Assembly (NCBI GenBank): GCA_900551705.1 | Contig: URWY01000001.1 | Coordinates: 22,273-86,272 of the forward strand | DNA: 64,000 nucleotides | DNA from: an uncultured Bacillota bacterium | GTDB taxonomy: Bacteria; Bacillota; Clostridia; Christensenellales; UBA1242 | Direction: 5' to 3' | In this document: in pieces, positions 16,105 to 25,869 of the stretch | Numbering within the stretch: position 1 is the stretch's first letter | Layout: every line of letters begins with the position of its first letter | Made by a program: the position numbers and the translations under genes | The notes under the pieces: generated by a model | Seen by the model: the letters and a program-made list of their open reading frames with translations, nothing else | What the model was told of the DNA's origin: nothing | Databases searched by the model: none

Positions 16105-17232
16105 TTAATATATTTGGATTGTTTTGTTAAATAATTTTTCTAAAATAGCATTTTTAATTAATTCTGTGTTTTCGTTATGTTTTGCGGAAACGAAAATTGC
16201 GTCAGGCTCAATCAGCCCGCTATTTCTCATTCTGATTTTTTCTTCGGTGGTTAAAACATCAACTTTATTATAAATTGTTATTCTTGGAATGTCGTAAGCA
16301 TTTAATTCTTTCAATTCATTTAAAACAACTTCTTTGTGGACATCTAAGTGTTTGTCTGTAACATCAATGACATGCAAAATCAAGTCCGAATAAGTCACTT
16401 CTTCAAGAGTTGCGGAAAAGGCGTCAACGAAACTATGTGGGAGTTTGTTTATAAAGCCGACCGTATCGGTTAAGACGATTTCGCATTTTGGAGCAAGCCA
16501 AAGTTGACGAGTTGTGGTGTCGAGCGTGGCGAATAATTTATCGTCAGCATAAATATTTGCTTTTGTTATTATGTTCATAAGTGTTGACTTGCCAGCGTTT
16601 GTGTAGCCAACAATCGAAACTTTTTTTACGCCAGTATTGGAACGATTTTTACGCCTTAGGTCGCGTTCTTGTTTAATCTTATCTATTTCTTTTTCGAGTT
16701 TTAAGATTTGGTCGCGAATTTTTCTTTTGTCAAGTTCAAGTTTTGTTTCACCAGGGCCGCGCATACCAACGCCGCCAGAGCCAAATCTACCACTTGTTCC
16801 GGCAATTCCAGAAAGCCTTGGAAGATAGTATTTTAACATGGCAAGTTCAACTTGCAACTTACCTTCGTTTGTTGTTGCGTGTTTGGCAAAGATATCTAAG
16901 ATTAAAGTTGTTCTATCTATAACTTTAACGCCTAAGATTTCTGTTAGGTTATTCACTTGTGAGCCGGAAAGTTCGTTGTCGCAAATTGCAAGGTTGGCGC
17001 CTGTTGACTCAACAAGTTGTTTAAGTTCTTCCGCTTTTCCTGTTCCGATATATGTTGCAGGGGTAATTTCTTTTGCTTTTTGGAAAAGTTTTGCAAGCAC
17101 TTCAACATCGGCTGTTTCGGCAAGCCTTTCAAGTTCTTTCATAGAAAAATATCCATCGTCTTTTTGCGATAGACTAAGACCGAACAAAACGGCTTTTTCT
17201 TTTATTTTTTCTGTTTTTTTAAGTTCAACCAT
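16105..17232 (-). CDS. hflX: GTPase HflX
   Basis: G1 'GYTNAGKST', G3 'DTVGF', G4 'NKVD', and an HflX-type N-terminal domain. Confidence 0.9.
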   Translation of the reverse strand: MVELKKTEKIKEKAVLFGLSLSQKDDGYFSMKELERLAETADVEVLAKLFQKAKEITPATYIGTGKAEELKQLVESTGANLAICDNELSGSQVNNLTEILGVKVIDRTTLILDIFAKHATTNEGKLQVELAMLKYYLPRLSGIAGTSGRFGSGGVGMRGPGETKLELDKRKIRDQILKLEKEIDKIKQERDLRRKNRSNTGVKKVSIVGYTNAGKSTLMNIITKANIYADDKLFATLDTTTRQLWLAPKCEIVLTDTVGFINKLPHSFVDAFSATLEEVTYSDLILHVIDVTDKHLDVHKEVVLNELKELNAYDIPRITIYNKVDVLTTEEKIRMRNSGLIEPDAIFVSAKHNENTELIKNAILEKLFNKTIQIY

Positions 17233-17346
17233 GTTTTTATTATACTTTAATTTAAGATTAATTTCAATTATTTTGTCATTTAATTTAAAAGATTTATTTG
17301 TTTATTTGATTAAATATGGTATATTCTAATTAAGAAAGGAGAAAAA

Positions 17347-19590
17347 ATGAAAAAGTTTGCAATTTCATTTTGTTTAATTTTGTTATTTGGTATGGTCGGG
17401 CTTTTTGGCTTGAATTATAATCCTGTTCAAGCAGACGCTTCTCTTGAAGGTGATGGCTCGGTTGCAAATCCATACATAATCAAAAGCGTAGAAGATTTTA
17501 GTTTTATGTCAAACAAAGTCAATGCTGGCGATGCTGATTATATTTCTGCGAATTATAAGTTGACCAACGACTTGCTTTTTACTAGCGAAATGTTTGTAAG
17601 CATAGGAAATCAAACATATCCATTCCAAGGAACTTTTGATGGCGGCGGAAATTCAATAAAAAATGCGATTTGTAATGTTCATGGCGACGCAAGTTTGAGT
17701 TATGGAATTTTCAATTATATTCAAAATGCAATAATAAAGAACTTGTCCGTTGAAATAGTTTTTAACTTTATAGGGCAAAGCACAGATAATTCTCAAATCA
17801 ATATGGGCGGAATTGTTGGTGTTTCACTTGCTGGTAGCGAAATCACAAATTGTAAAACAATCACAAAACTATATACAATTAATGAAAATGATGAAAAAAC
17901 AAATGCGAACATCTATTCAAGCGTAAACTTTGGCGGCATTATTGGACAAAGTGACGGAACAAGTATTCATGATTGCTTTTCACTTGTAGAATTTGATTGC
18001 GTGCAATACGGTAATTCTTTAACAGAAAGTTATTTTGGTGGAATTGTTGGTAAAATCAATGGTGGCGAAATCTACAATGTTTATGCAGCCCCAACAGATA
18101 GCACGATTTCATCTTTAACGGGCGTAATTGCAGATAAAGCAAATATGACATTAAAAAATAGCGAAAATGCAAGCGTTTATTTCGGCGGAATTGCAGGTAG
18201 CGTTTCTGGCAGAAATTTCTCGCTTACAAACACGCTTTTCATTGGTTATTTAGATGTGAAGAACTCACCAGTGAAATATGGTGGCATTATTGGTAAAATG
18301 CACGCAAGTGCAGCATCAAGACCTGTGTCAGCAAATATAACTCAAAGCAAATATCTCAGAATTAACAACGCTAACACTGTTAGTTTTGACCTTCCTATTG
18401 CAAATGCGGCAGATGTTTCGTTCACAGTCCATTCAACTTTGGTTCAAATCACAACAATGCCAAACAATAGAACATATTTTGAAGATGCTTCAAATGGTTG
18501 GAACAGTCTTAGAATGTGGGATTTTGAAGATGTTTGGAAAACGACAACAATTTTCAATGCAAGTGGAATTTTCCTTCCAGACTTGCAACAATTCTCAGAA
18601 CTTTCATTTTATTTAGATTATCAAAATTATTCGACTTATTATTCATTAAACTTTGAAGGCGAAACAGCAGATGTGACTTCAAAAAAATTCAAAATTGGCG
18701 ATACAGTTGTTATTGAAGGCAATTTCAAAAGCACAGAAACAATGAATTATGCAAATTTCTACAATTTTGATAGTTGGAAAAAAGTTGGTGATGAAAATTT
18801 TGAAAGCGACGGAAAAATTAAGTTAACTTTAACTTGCACAAATCAAACAGCGGGCAGTTACTACTTAACAATCAGCGGAAAAACTGTTAGAGTTGATGTA
18901 AACATCGTCAATGAAAGTGGAAATGCTGGTGCATACGGCAGCGTTAAACAAGGCGATAATGTTAAAGTGGAAAACTTTTCATTCAACGCTAAATACGCAG
19001 ATGATGCGTCCGCAATCAGGCTTGAAGCAATAGATACTCTTGAAGAATATAAGTTTTCACATTTTGCAAGTGGAGAAAATTTTACTTCTCAAAACAGAAC
19101 TATCAGTTTTAAATTGGATAACAACAGAGCAAACTTGCCACCAGTTATTGTTTTAGACGGTCAACTTGTTTGCACAATAAATGCAGTGTTCACAAACAAT
19201 ACATCAAAACTTAATGTTAATATGACAGAAGGCGGCGGAACATTAAAAATTGACGAAGGTCAAGCGGAATCTGGAAACCTTGAAAAGATTTTGGTTAATG
19301 GAAAAAGTTATGCGTTAACTGCAACCGCGGCAGAAGGCTATACATTTGATGGCTGGTATATGAATGGCGAGAAAGTTGAAAGCGAAAATGTTTATACTAT
19401 AACAATTAGAGAAAACACAAATTTGGAAGTTAGATTTACAAAAGCGGAAGAAGGTAAAAACGGAGTTAATATTTGGGTGATTATTGGACCAATTTTGGGC
19501 GCATTAGTTTTGGGCGGAATAATTGCTTTAATTGTTGTAAAAGTCAAGAAAAATGGGGCAAATTCCTATAAAAAGAATTACAGATATTAA
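17347..19590 (+). CDS. Surface protein with signal peptide, GLUG-motif repeats, Listeria-Bacteroides-type repeat and C-terminal TM anchor
   Basis: Signal 'MKKFAISFCLILLFGMVGLFG...VQA'. Repeated '(Y)FGGI(I/V/A)G' about 5 times. 'GYTFDGWY'. C-terminal 'IWVIIGPILGALVLGGIIALIVV' followed by a basic tail. Confidence 0.7.
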   Translation: MKKFAISFCLILLFGMVGLFGLNYNPVQADASLEGDGSVANPYIIKSVEDFSFMSNKVNAGDADYISANYKLTNDLLFTSEMFVSIGNQTYPFQGTFDGGGNSIKNAICNVHGDASLSYGIFNYIQNAIIKNLSVEIVFNFIGQSTDNSQINMGGIVGVSLAGSEITNCKTITKLYTINENDEKTNANIYSSVNFGGIIGQSDGTSIHDCFSLVEFDCVQYGNSLTESYFGGIVGKINGGEIYNVYAAPTDSTISSLTGVIADKANMTLKNSENASVYFGGIAGSVSGRNFSLTNTLFIGYLDVKNSPVKYGGIIGKMHASAASRPVSANITQSKYLRINNANTVSFDLPIANAADVSFTVHSTLVQITTMPNNRTYFEDASNGWNSLRMWDFEDVWKTTTIFNASGIFLPDLQQFSELSFYLDYQNYSTYYSLNFEGETADVTSKKFKIGDTVVIEGNFKSTETMNYANFYNFDSWKKVGDENFESDGKIKLTLTCTNQTAGSYYLTISGKTVRVDVNIVNESGNAGAYGSVKQGDNVKVENFSFNAKYADDASAIRLEAIDTLEEYKFSHFASGENFTSQNRTISFKLDNNRANLPPVIVLDGQLVCTINAVFTNNTSKLNVNMTEGGGTLKIDEGQAESGNLEKILVNGKSYALTATAAEGYTFDGWYMNGEKVESENVYTITIRENTNLEVRFTKAEEGKNGVNIWVIIGPILGALVLGGIIALIVVKVKKNGANSYKKNYRY

Positions 19591-19753
19591 AAAAATTAAA
19601 TAAAAAATAAAAAATATTAAAAAAATATATAAAAATGTTTTGAAAATTAATTTTAATATGTTAATATTTGATTAGTTTATAAGAGATTAACAGCAATTTT
19701 GAATATATTTTCAAGAAAAGTTTAATCTAATATAAAATACGCGGAGGTGAAAA

Positions 19754-20152
19754 ATGTTATTTCAATTAGCAAATTTGTTTATGAGAGGAGTTAGCCTTTT
19801 AGGTGCAGACATTGAAACAGGAGCAACAGAAGTTGCAAACACAGTTGTTAGCACAGTTAAAAGTATTTTAATTCCAGTATTGGCAATCTTGGGTGCAGCA
19901 GGTATGATTTGGGCTATTGTTTTAGGTGTTAACATGGCTAGAGCAGACAGCACAGAAAAACGAGAAGAAGCGAAAAAGCGTTTAATTTCATTAATCGTTG
20001 GTATTGTTATCATGATTGTATTAATCTTCTTCTTCTTATTTGGATTTGAACCACTCCTTAAAGCATTCGGTGTTGACAAATCAATTCAAACTGATAATCC
20101 AGGCGGAACAGGTGTTGTAAAATCTTTCCTTCAATTAACAAATTTGATGTAA
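19754..20152 (+). CDS. Small two-TM protein, TrbC/VirB2-type pilin-like (tentative)
   Basis: 132 aa with two hydrophobic helices flanking 'ARADSTEKREEAKKRLISLIVG', a pattern I associate with pilin-like conjugal transfer proteins of Firmicutes and Mollicutes (from memory). Sits directly upstream of a VirD4-type gene. Confidence 0.45.
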   Translation: MLFQLANLFMRGVSLLGADIETGATEVANTVVSTVKSILIPVLAILGAAGMIWAIVLGVNMARADSTEKREEAKKRLISLIVGIVIMIVLIFFFLFGFEPLLKAFGVDKSIQTDNPGGTGVVKSFLQLTNLM

Positions 20153-20165
20153 GATAAAACAATTT

Positions 20166-20196
20166 AAAAGAGCAGCAAAATGCTGCTCTTTTTTAT
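20166..20196 (+). terminator. Rho-independent terminator after the pilin-like gene
   Basis: aaaagagcagca-aaa-tgctgctctttttt. Confidence 0.7.
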
Positions 20197-20291
20197 TTTT
20201 TATGTTGAAATTAAAAAAAATTATTTGACAATAATATTATTTATGTTATATTAAAATTAATATAGTATATATAACTAAGAAAGGAGCGGAA

Positions 20292-22283
20292 ATGAAGGAA
20301 AAATTAAAAAAATTTGCACCTTTAATTGTGATTGTTGCAATTATAATTTTGGCTTTAATTATAGGAAATGCAACAAGAGAACACTTTGCTTTTGATAAAG
20401 AATTTATAACAAATAAAGTCACATTGATTATTTTGGGGGTTGGGCTTGCTTTTGTTGGGCTTTATTATATTGCCAAATTGACAAAACCAGATAATAAAGC
20501 AAAGGCTAGCGGCGAAGGCACAACAAAAAGTGGCGATAAAATCAGCCAATATTATGATGCTAGATTTATCAGAGAGTCTGAACTTAACACACTTTCAAAA
20601 TTTATGCCATACACTTGGAGCACAATCAAAACTGCTAAAAAAGATGGTATTGTTATTAGAAGTGCAGTGCAGGGTGGAAAACTTCACATTAATATGTATG
20701 ACCCAATTCATACAATGATTATTGGTACAACCGGTTCTGGTAAAACTCAAACATACATCAATCCATCAATTCGTATTTTGTCACAAATCGGAACAAAACC
20801 TTGTATGGTTATCACAGACCCAAAGGGTGAAGTCTATAACGACAACTCAATTCAGTTAAAAGAAGCGGGATATAGAATTATCGTTCTTGACCTTCGTTAT
20901 CCTTATGCGTCTACAAGATGGAACCCAATGGATAACGCTTATGTTCAATATCACCGTGCAGCACAACTTATTAAAGAAATTAAAATTCATAGAGGCGATA
21001 AGCCAACAACATATAATTTAAAACTTGCTGATGACCCAAAAAACTTTGGAGAAGAATGGTACGAATTTAACAGGTCAGCATACGCAAAAAAAGAACAAAT
21101 TAGAAGTGACTTGGACGCAAAAGCACAAGAACTTAGAGATAATGCAGAAAACGAACTCAGAGAAGTTGCTTCTTCAATCGTTCCTATTGAATCTAAAACA
21201 GATAGTTCATGGGAAAGAGGTGCGCAAGACTTCTTGTATGGTATTATGCTTGCAATGCTTGAAGATAGTATGGATCCAAATCTTGGCATGACAAGAGAAA
21301 AATTCAATTTTTATAACCTTGCAAAAATTGCAACATTTAAAGATGACGACCCAGATAATCCATTTGGAACAGTTAGAAATTATTGCGCATTTAGAGATAA
21401 ATTTTCAAAAGTTCCATCACTAACTTCAACAGCAATCAATAACGCTCCTAACACAACTCGTTCATACATGGGCGTATTGATGAGCAGAATTTCAATATTC
21501 CAAGATGCTGGTATTTGCTATGCAACGAGTTATAACGACATGAACTTTGACGATTTCACAGACCAACCAACAGTTTTGTTCATCAAAGTTCCAGATGAAA
21601 AAGAAAGCAGACACTGCATTGCAACAATGTGCGTTTCACAACTTTATAAAAAACTTGTTGAAAAAGCATCAGAAACAGAAAAACTCAGACTTAAAAGAAA
21701 TGTTTATTTCTTGCTTGATGAGTTCGCTAACTTGCCAAAAATTGATAAAATGGACAGTTTAATCACTGTTGGTCGTTCAAGAGGAATTTTCTTCTCACTT
21801 GTTGTTCAATCATACAGCCAGTTGGAGAGTAAATACGGCAAAGAAGTTGCAGAAACAATAAGAGGCAACTGTAATATTCAAATTTTCATTGGAACAGAAG
21901 ACCAGAAAACTCGTGAAGAATTTTCAAAAATGTGCGGCGAAGTTTCTATTGAAACCCAAAGCACATCAACATCAAAATCAGATGGTGAACAAAGCAGTAT
22001 TAATAGAACACAGCAAGCCCAGCGTGTTACAAGACCACTCATTTACCCTTACGAACTTGGTCAACTTGAAAAATTTGAAGTTATTGTTAAAATTTTCAAA
22101 GAACACCCAATTAGAACAAAAATGACACCTTTCTTTGCAACTCCACAGTTTGATAAGAGAAAGGCAAAAGAAGAATATGCACCATCAAAACCACTTAACG
22201 AACAAGCAATTTATTATGATATTCGCGAACGCAACCGCAAGGTAAGAAAGAGTTCGGGCGGATTTGATGACTTTGATTTTTAA
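20292..22283 (+). CDS. Type IV coupling protein (VirD4/TraG/TraD family ATPase)
   Basis: Two N-terminal TM helices. Walker A 'IIGTTGSGKTQT', 'TDPKGE', Walker B 'YFLLDEFANLP', 'GRSRGIFFSLVVQSYSQLE'. Confidence 0.8.
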   Translation: MKEKLKKFAPLIVIVAIIILALIIGNATREHFAFDKEFITNKVTLIILGVGLAFVGLYYIAKLTKPDNKAKASGEGTTKSGDKISQYYDARFIRESELNTLSKFMPYTWSTIKTAKKDGIVIRSAVQGGKLHINMYDPIHTMIIGTTGSGKTQTYINPSIRILSQIGTKPCMVITDPKGEVYNDNSIQLKEAGYRIIVLDLRYPYASTRWNPMDNAYVQYHRAAQLIKEIKIHRGDKPTTYNLKLADDPKNFGEEWYEFNRSAYAKKEQIRSDLDAKAQELRDNAENELREVASSIVPIESKTDSSWERGAQDFLYGIMLAMLEDSMDPNLGMTREKFNFYNLAKIATFKDDDPDNPFGTVRNYCAFRDKFSKVPSLTSTAINNAPNTTRSYMGVLMSRISIFQDAGICYATSYNDMNFDDFTDQPTVLFIKVPDEKESRHCIATMCVSQLYKKLVEKASETEKLRLKRNVYFLLDEFANLPKIDKMDSLITVGRSRGIFFSLVVQSYSQLESKYGKEVAETIRGNCNIQIFIGTEDQKTREEFSKMCGEVSIETQSTSTSKSDGEQSSINRTQQAQRVTRPLIYPYELGQLEKFEVIVKIFKEHPIRTKMTPFFATPQFDKRKAKEEYAPSKPLNEQAIYYDIRERNRKVRKSSGGFDDFDF

Positions 22284-22295
22284 ACGGAGAAAAAC

Positions 22296-23954
22296 ATGAT
22301 ACCTAAGGTAGAAGCAACAAATTTCATTGAAGAAATAATAAACAAAGATTTAGAAGACGGCAGATTTAACGCCGTTCAAACACGACATCCACCAGAGCCA
22401 AGCGGCTATTTGCATATCGGCCATGTTAGAAACATTGTTTTAAACTATGGTATTGCCGAAAAATATAATGGCGTATGTAATTTAAGATACGATGACACAA
22501 ACCCTACAAAAGAAAGCCAAGAGTTTGTTAATTCAATTCAAGAAGATGTAAAATGGCTTGGCTATCATTGGAATAAAATTTACTATGCAACTGATTATTT
22601 CCAACAAAACTACGAATATGCAGTTAAATTAATAAAAGACGGAAAAGCGTTTGTTTGTGATTTGTCACCGGAAGAACTTTCAAAATCTCGCGGAACATTA
22701 ACAGAACCAGGCGTTGAAAGTCCATACAAAAATCGTTCAGTAGAAGAAAACTTAGAGTTGTTTGAAAGAATGAAAAATGGCGAATTTCCAGCAGGTTCAA
22801 GATGTTTGCGTGCAAAAATTGATATGGCAAGTCCAAACATGAATATGCGTGATCCTGTTATTTACAGAATTCAATACACACATCACCAAAGAATTGGCGA
22901 TAAATGGTGTATTTATCCATCTTATGACTTCGCACACCCACTTGATGACGCGTTGGAAGGTGTTTCGCACTCAATTTGTGGACCAGAATTTGAAGACCAT
23001 AGACCACTTTATAACTGGGTTATTGAAAATTGCGGGGTAGCAAATAAGTCAAGGCAAATTGAATATGCAAACCTTTATATTAAGGGCGCAATTCTCGGTA
23101 AAAGATTTATTAAAAAGCTTGTTCAAGATGGTAAGGTTTGCGGTTTTGACGACCCAAGGCTTTACACAATTCGCGGGCTTAGAAGACGCGGAGTTCTTCC
23201 AGAAAGTTTAAAAGAGTTTGTTCGTGCAGCAGGTATTTCAAAAAGTAATGCACTTATTGAACCAGCATTTTTGGAGCATTTCATAAGAGATGACTTAAAC
23301 AAGGTTTCAAGGCGTGTTATGGCAGTTTTAAATCCGCTTCCACTTGAAATTACAAATATGGAAGGCGAAGAAGAAATTGTTTTGGAAGACTACCCACAAA
23401 ACGAAGAAACAACATATAGAAAATATTATTTTGGCAAAAACTTGTTAATTGAAAAAGAAGACTTTATCAAAGAACCAGATCCAAAATTCTATCGTTTATA
23501 TGTAGGCGCAAAAGTTCGCTTGAAAGGCGCTTATATCATAACTTGCACAGGATTTGACCAAGATGAAAACGGAAATGTAACAAAAGTTTATGCTGAATAT
23601 GATAAAGACACAAAATCAGGCACAAACTGCACAGTTAAAGTTAAAGGGACAATTCATTGGATCAATCCAACTCATGCAGAAAAAATTGAGGTCAGATTGT
23701 TCGATAATCTTGTTGAAGAAGAAAGTGCAGAACTCGTTGAAGGTCATGAACGCGCGGTAAATGATTATAAAATCAATCCAAATTCAATTATTACAATAGA
23801 AAATGCTTATATTGAAGACAATTTGAATGTAAACTTTGACGAAAGATATCAATTTATGAGAAATGGTTATTTCTGTTTAGATAAAGACAGCACTGAACTT
23901 AAAAAGGTATTTAACAGAACTATAACATTAAAAGAAACGAAAAAAGTTAAATAG
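22296..23954 (+). CDS. glnS: Glutamine--tRNA ligase
   Basis: 'NFIEEIINKDLEDGRF..VQTRHPPEPSGYLHIGH' (HIGH). Size 552 aa. GlnRS-type C-terminal beta-barrel region. Confidence 0.9.
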   Translation: MIPKVEATNFIEEIINKDLEDGRFNAVQTRHPPEPSGYLHIGHVRNIVLNYGIAEKYNGVCNLRYDDTNPTKESQEFVNSIQEDVKWLGYHWNKIYYATDYFQQNYEYAVKLIKDGKAFVCDLSPEELSKSRGTLTEPGVESPYKNRSVEENLELFERMKNGEFPAGSRCLRAKIDMASPNMNMRDPVIYRIQYTHHQRIGDKWCIYPSYDFAHPLDDALEGVSHSICGPEFEDHRPLYNWVIENCGVANKSRQIEYANLYIKGAILGKRFIKKLVQDGKVCGFDDPRLYTIRGLRRRGVLPESLKEFVRAAGISKSNALIEPAFLEHFIRDDLNKVSRRVMAVLNPLPLEITNMEGEEEIVLEDYPQNEETTYRKYYFGKNLLIEKEDFIKEPDPKFYRLYVGAKVRLKGAYIITCTGFDQDENGNVTKVYAEYDKDTKSGTNCTVKVKGTIHWINPTHAEKIEVRLFDNLVEEESAELVEGHERAVNDYKINPNSIITIENAYIEDNLNVNFDERYQFMRNGYFCLDKDSTELKKVFNRTITLKETKKVK

Positions 23955-23963
23955 GAGATTTCG

Positions 23964-24224
23964 ATGTCAGGTAAAAAACTTTTAAGTATAGTTGCATTTG
24001 TCGGAACAATTTGTATTGCTTTTGCACTTATGTTTAGAGCAATTTTTGAAAGCAATCCAAGTGTTGTTCAAGCATTTATGATAACTGGCGAAATCATTGC
24101 CTTTGCAGTAACCATAATTTGTGCGTTTCCATTTATCCATGCTAAAAAGCATATCGCTTGGAAAATCATCTACGCAATCGCTTGCACGGCAATAATTGCA
24201 CTTTTAATTGTTGTAAACATTTAA
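23964..24224 (+). CDS. Small membrane protein (86 aa)
   Basis: Three hydrophobic helices. GGAG SD. Confidence 0.5.
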   Translation: MSGKKLLSIVAFVGTICIAFALMFRAIFESNPSVVQAFMITGEIIAFAVTIICAFPFIHAKKHIAWKIIYAIACTAIIALLIVVNI

Positions 24225-24236
24225 GCGAGGTGAAAA

Positions 24237-24617
24237 ATGAAATTTAGACTTTGGCAAATAATTGCTTTCATAATTTTAGCAGTTTTCACAATCGCATTTG
24301 GTGTTCTAAAACAAGTTTGGTCAGGTTTTACTTATTTCAGCATGGCATCAGTTTTCCTGCTATGTGTGTTGTTTATAGTCAATCGAATTATGTATTTGCT
24401 CGATTTAAAAGCAGAATATGACGATAATTTGGAATTGTATTTAGTTGAAATGTTAAACAAAGGCTTGATAACAAGAACTCAGTTTGATGAGCGCGACCCA
24501 AGAGTAGTGAAAGGCTATTACAAACAATACAATCGCTCAAAAAATTTACAAATTTTAATTTTGGTCATTACATTTTTGATTCTTGCAAGCATTATCTATG
24601 TGTTAATTCGCGTATAA
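24237..24617 (+). CDS. Membrane protein (126 aa)
   Basis: Hydrophobic helices at both ends. GAGGTG SD. Confidence 0.5.
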   Translation: MKFRLWQIIAFIILAVFTIAFGVLKQVWSGFTYFSMASVFLLCVLFIVNRIMYLLDLKAEYDDNLELYLVEMLNKGLITRTQFDERDPRVVKGYYKQYNRSKNLQILILVITFLILASIIYVLIRV

Positions 24618-24664
24618 TAAAAATATAAAAAGTGTGCAAACTAATTTCATAAAACGGAGAGTTT

Positions 24665-25750
24665 ATGAAAGAAAAACACACTTTTTTTAATAAAAAACGC
24701 GTTTTTAACGCATTTTTTTGCATTTTCTTATCAATTTTAATGATTTTACCTATTTTTATTTTTGCTGGCTGTGGCAAGCAAAGCGGAGTTAGCGGCAAGG
24801 CTGACCCTAATGTAAACATGACTCCAAGAATGATAACTGCAAAAAGTACAAACTTGGAAGAAATGATAAAAAGTGTAACGCCAGCAGTTGTTGGAATTAG
24901 CGCCATATATTCCAATGTTGAAAGTGTAGGCAGCGGCGTTGCTATCGCACCAAACGGGTATATTGCAACAAACAACCATGTTGTTGAAGGTGCAAAAGAT
25001 ATAACAATATATTTTGCTAATAAAACAAGTGCGAAAGCGAAACTCATCTGGAGTGACAAAGCAATGGACTTGGCAATTATTAAAACTGAAGTTAATATGC
25101 CATATTTAGAAACATCGAGCCTAGATAGCATTAATGTCGGTGCTGATGTAATTGCTATTGGAACGCCACTTACCTTACAGTTTAAACACACAACAACAAA
25201 AGGCATTGTTTCAGCACTAAACAGAACGATTGAAGTCGACAATGAAGACGGTTCAACAAGTTATTTGCAAAATTTAATTCAACATGATAGCAGTATCAAT
25301 CCGGGAAATTCTGGTGGGCCACTTATCAATTCAAATGGACAAGTTATCGGAATTAACACTCTTAAAGTAACTGACGCCGAAGGGCTAGGTTTTGCAATAC
25401 CGGTTGAGATTGTTCTTCCGGTGGTAAATAAAATCTTAAAATCTGGCGGATACGAAACTCCATATTTAGGAATGTTTGGTTTTGACGCAACGATTGCTAA
25501 ATTTTATAATAAAACTCTTGAAACAGACGGCGTTTATGTTTTGAATATTGACAGTTCTGCTCCAATTTACAAAGCAGGGATAAGACAAGGCGATATAATT
25601 GTTGGTGTTGATGACATAGAAATTAACACGATGTTAGACCTAAAAAAATCAATTTATAACTATGAAATCGGCGATAATATCACAATAACTTACCTTAGAA
25701 ATGGCATTAAAACGATAAAAAATATAACTTTATCTAAGCGTCCAAATTAA
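24665..25750 (+). CDS. HtrA/DegP-like S1C serine protease with PDZ domain
   Basis: Catalytic triad contexts 'TNNHVV', 'DLAIIK', 'GNSGGPL'. C-terminal PDZ-like 'GIRQGDIIVGVDD'. N-terminal membrane anchor. Confidence 0.85.
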   Translation: MKEKHTFFNKKRVFNAFFCIFLSILMILPIFIFAGCGKQSGVSGKADPNVNMTPRMITAKSTNLEEMIKSVTPAVVGISAIYSNVESVGSGVAIAPNGYIATNNHVVEGAKDITIYFANKTSAKAKLIWSDKAMDLAIIKTEVNMPYLETSSLDSINVGADVIAIGTPLTLQFKHTTTKGIVSALNRTIEVDNEDGSTSYLQNLIQHDSSINPGNSGGPLINSNGQVIGINTLKVTDAEGLGFAIPVEIVLPVVNKILKSGGYETPYLGMFGFDATIAKFYNKTLETDGVYVLNIDSSAPIYKAGIRQGDIIVGVDDIEINTMLDLKKSIYNYEIGDNITITYLRNGIKTIKNITLSKRPN

Positions 25751-25869
25751 CCAATGTAATCTAAGTGAATATAATGATTATTGATGAGGTGAAATGGCGG
25801 AAATGGGCAAAATTTGACTTTTGCTTAAAAATGTGCTATATTACTCATGTTTCCTAAAAAGGAGGAAAT

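Noticed and set aside
16838-17329. 163-aa plus-strand ORF (and 16637..16828)
   Set aside because: Antisense to hflX. It is Ser/Leu/Phe-rich shadow frame sequence with no start context.
22284-22295. T-box or riboswitch leaders upstream of glnS, proS and valS
   Set aside because: The leaders are only about 12, 90 and 40 nt long after the promoter or upstream gene. That is too short, and they lack conserved T-box elements.
24592-25242. 216-aa minus-strand ORF in the track
   Set aside because: It lies entirely antisense to the well-supported htrA-like gene. It has no SD and its composition is hydrophobic and low-complexity, as expected for a shadow ORF.
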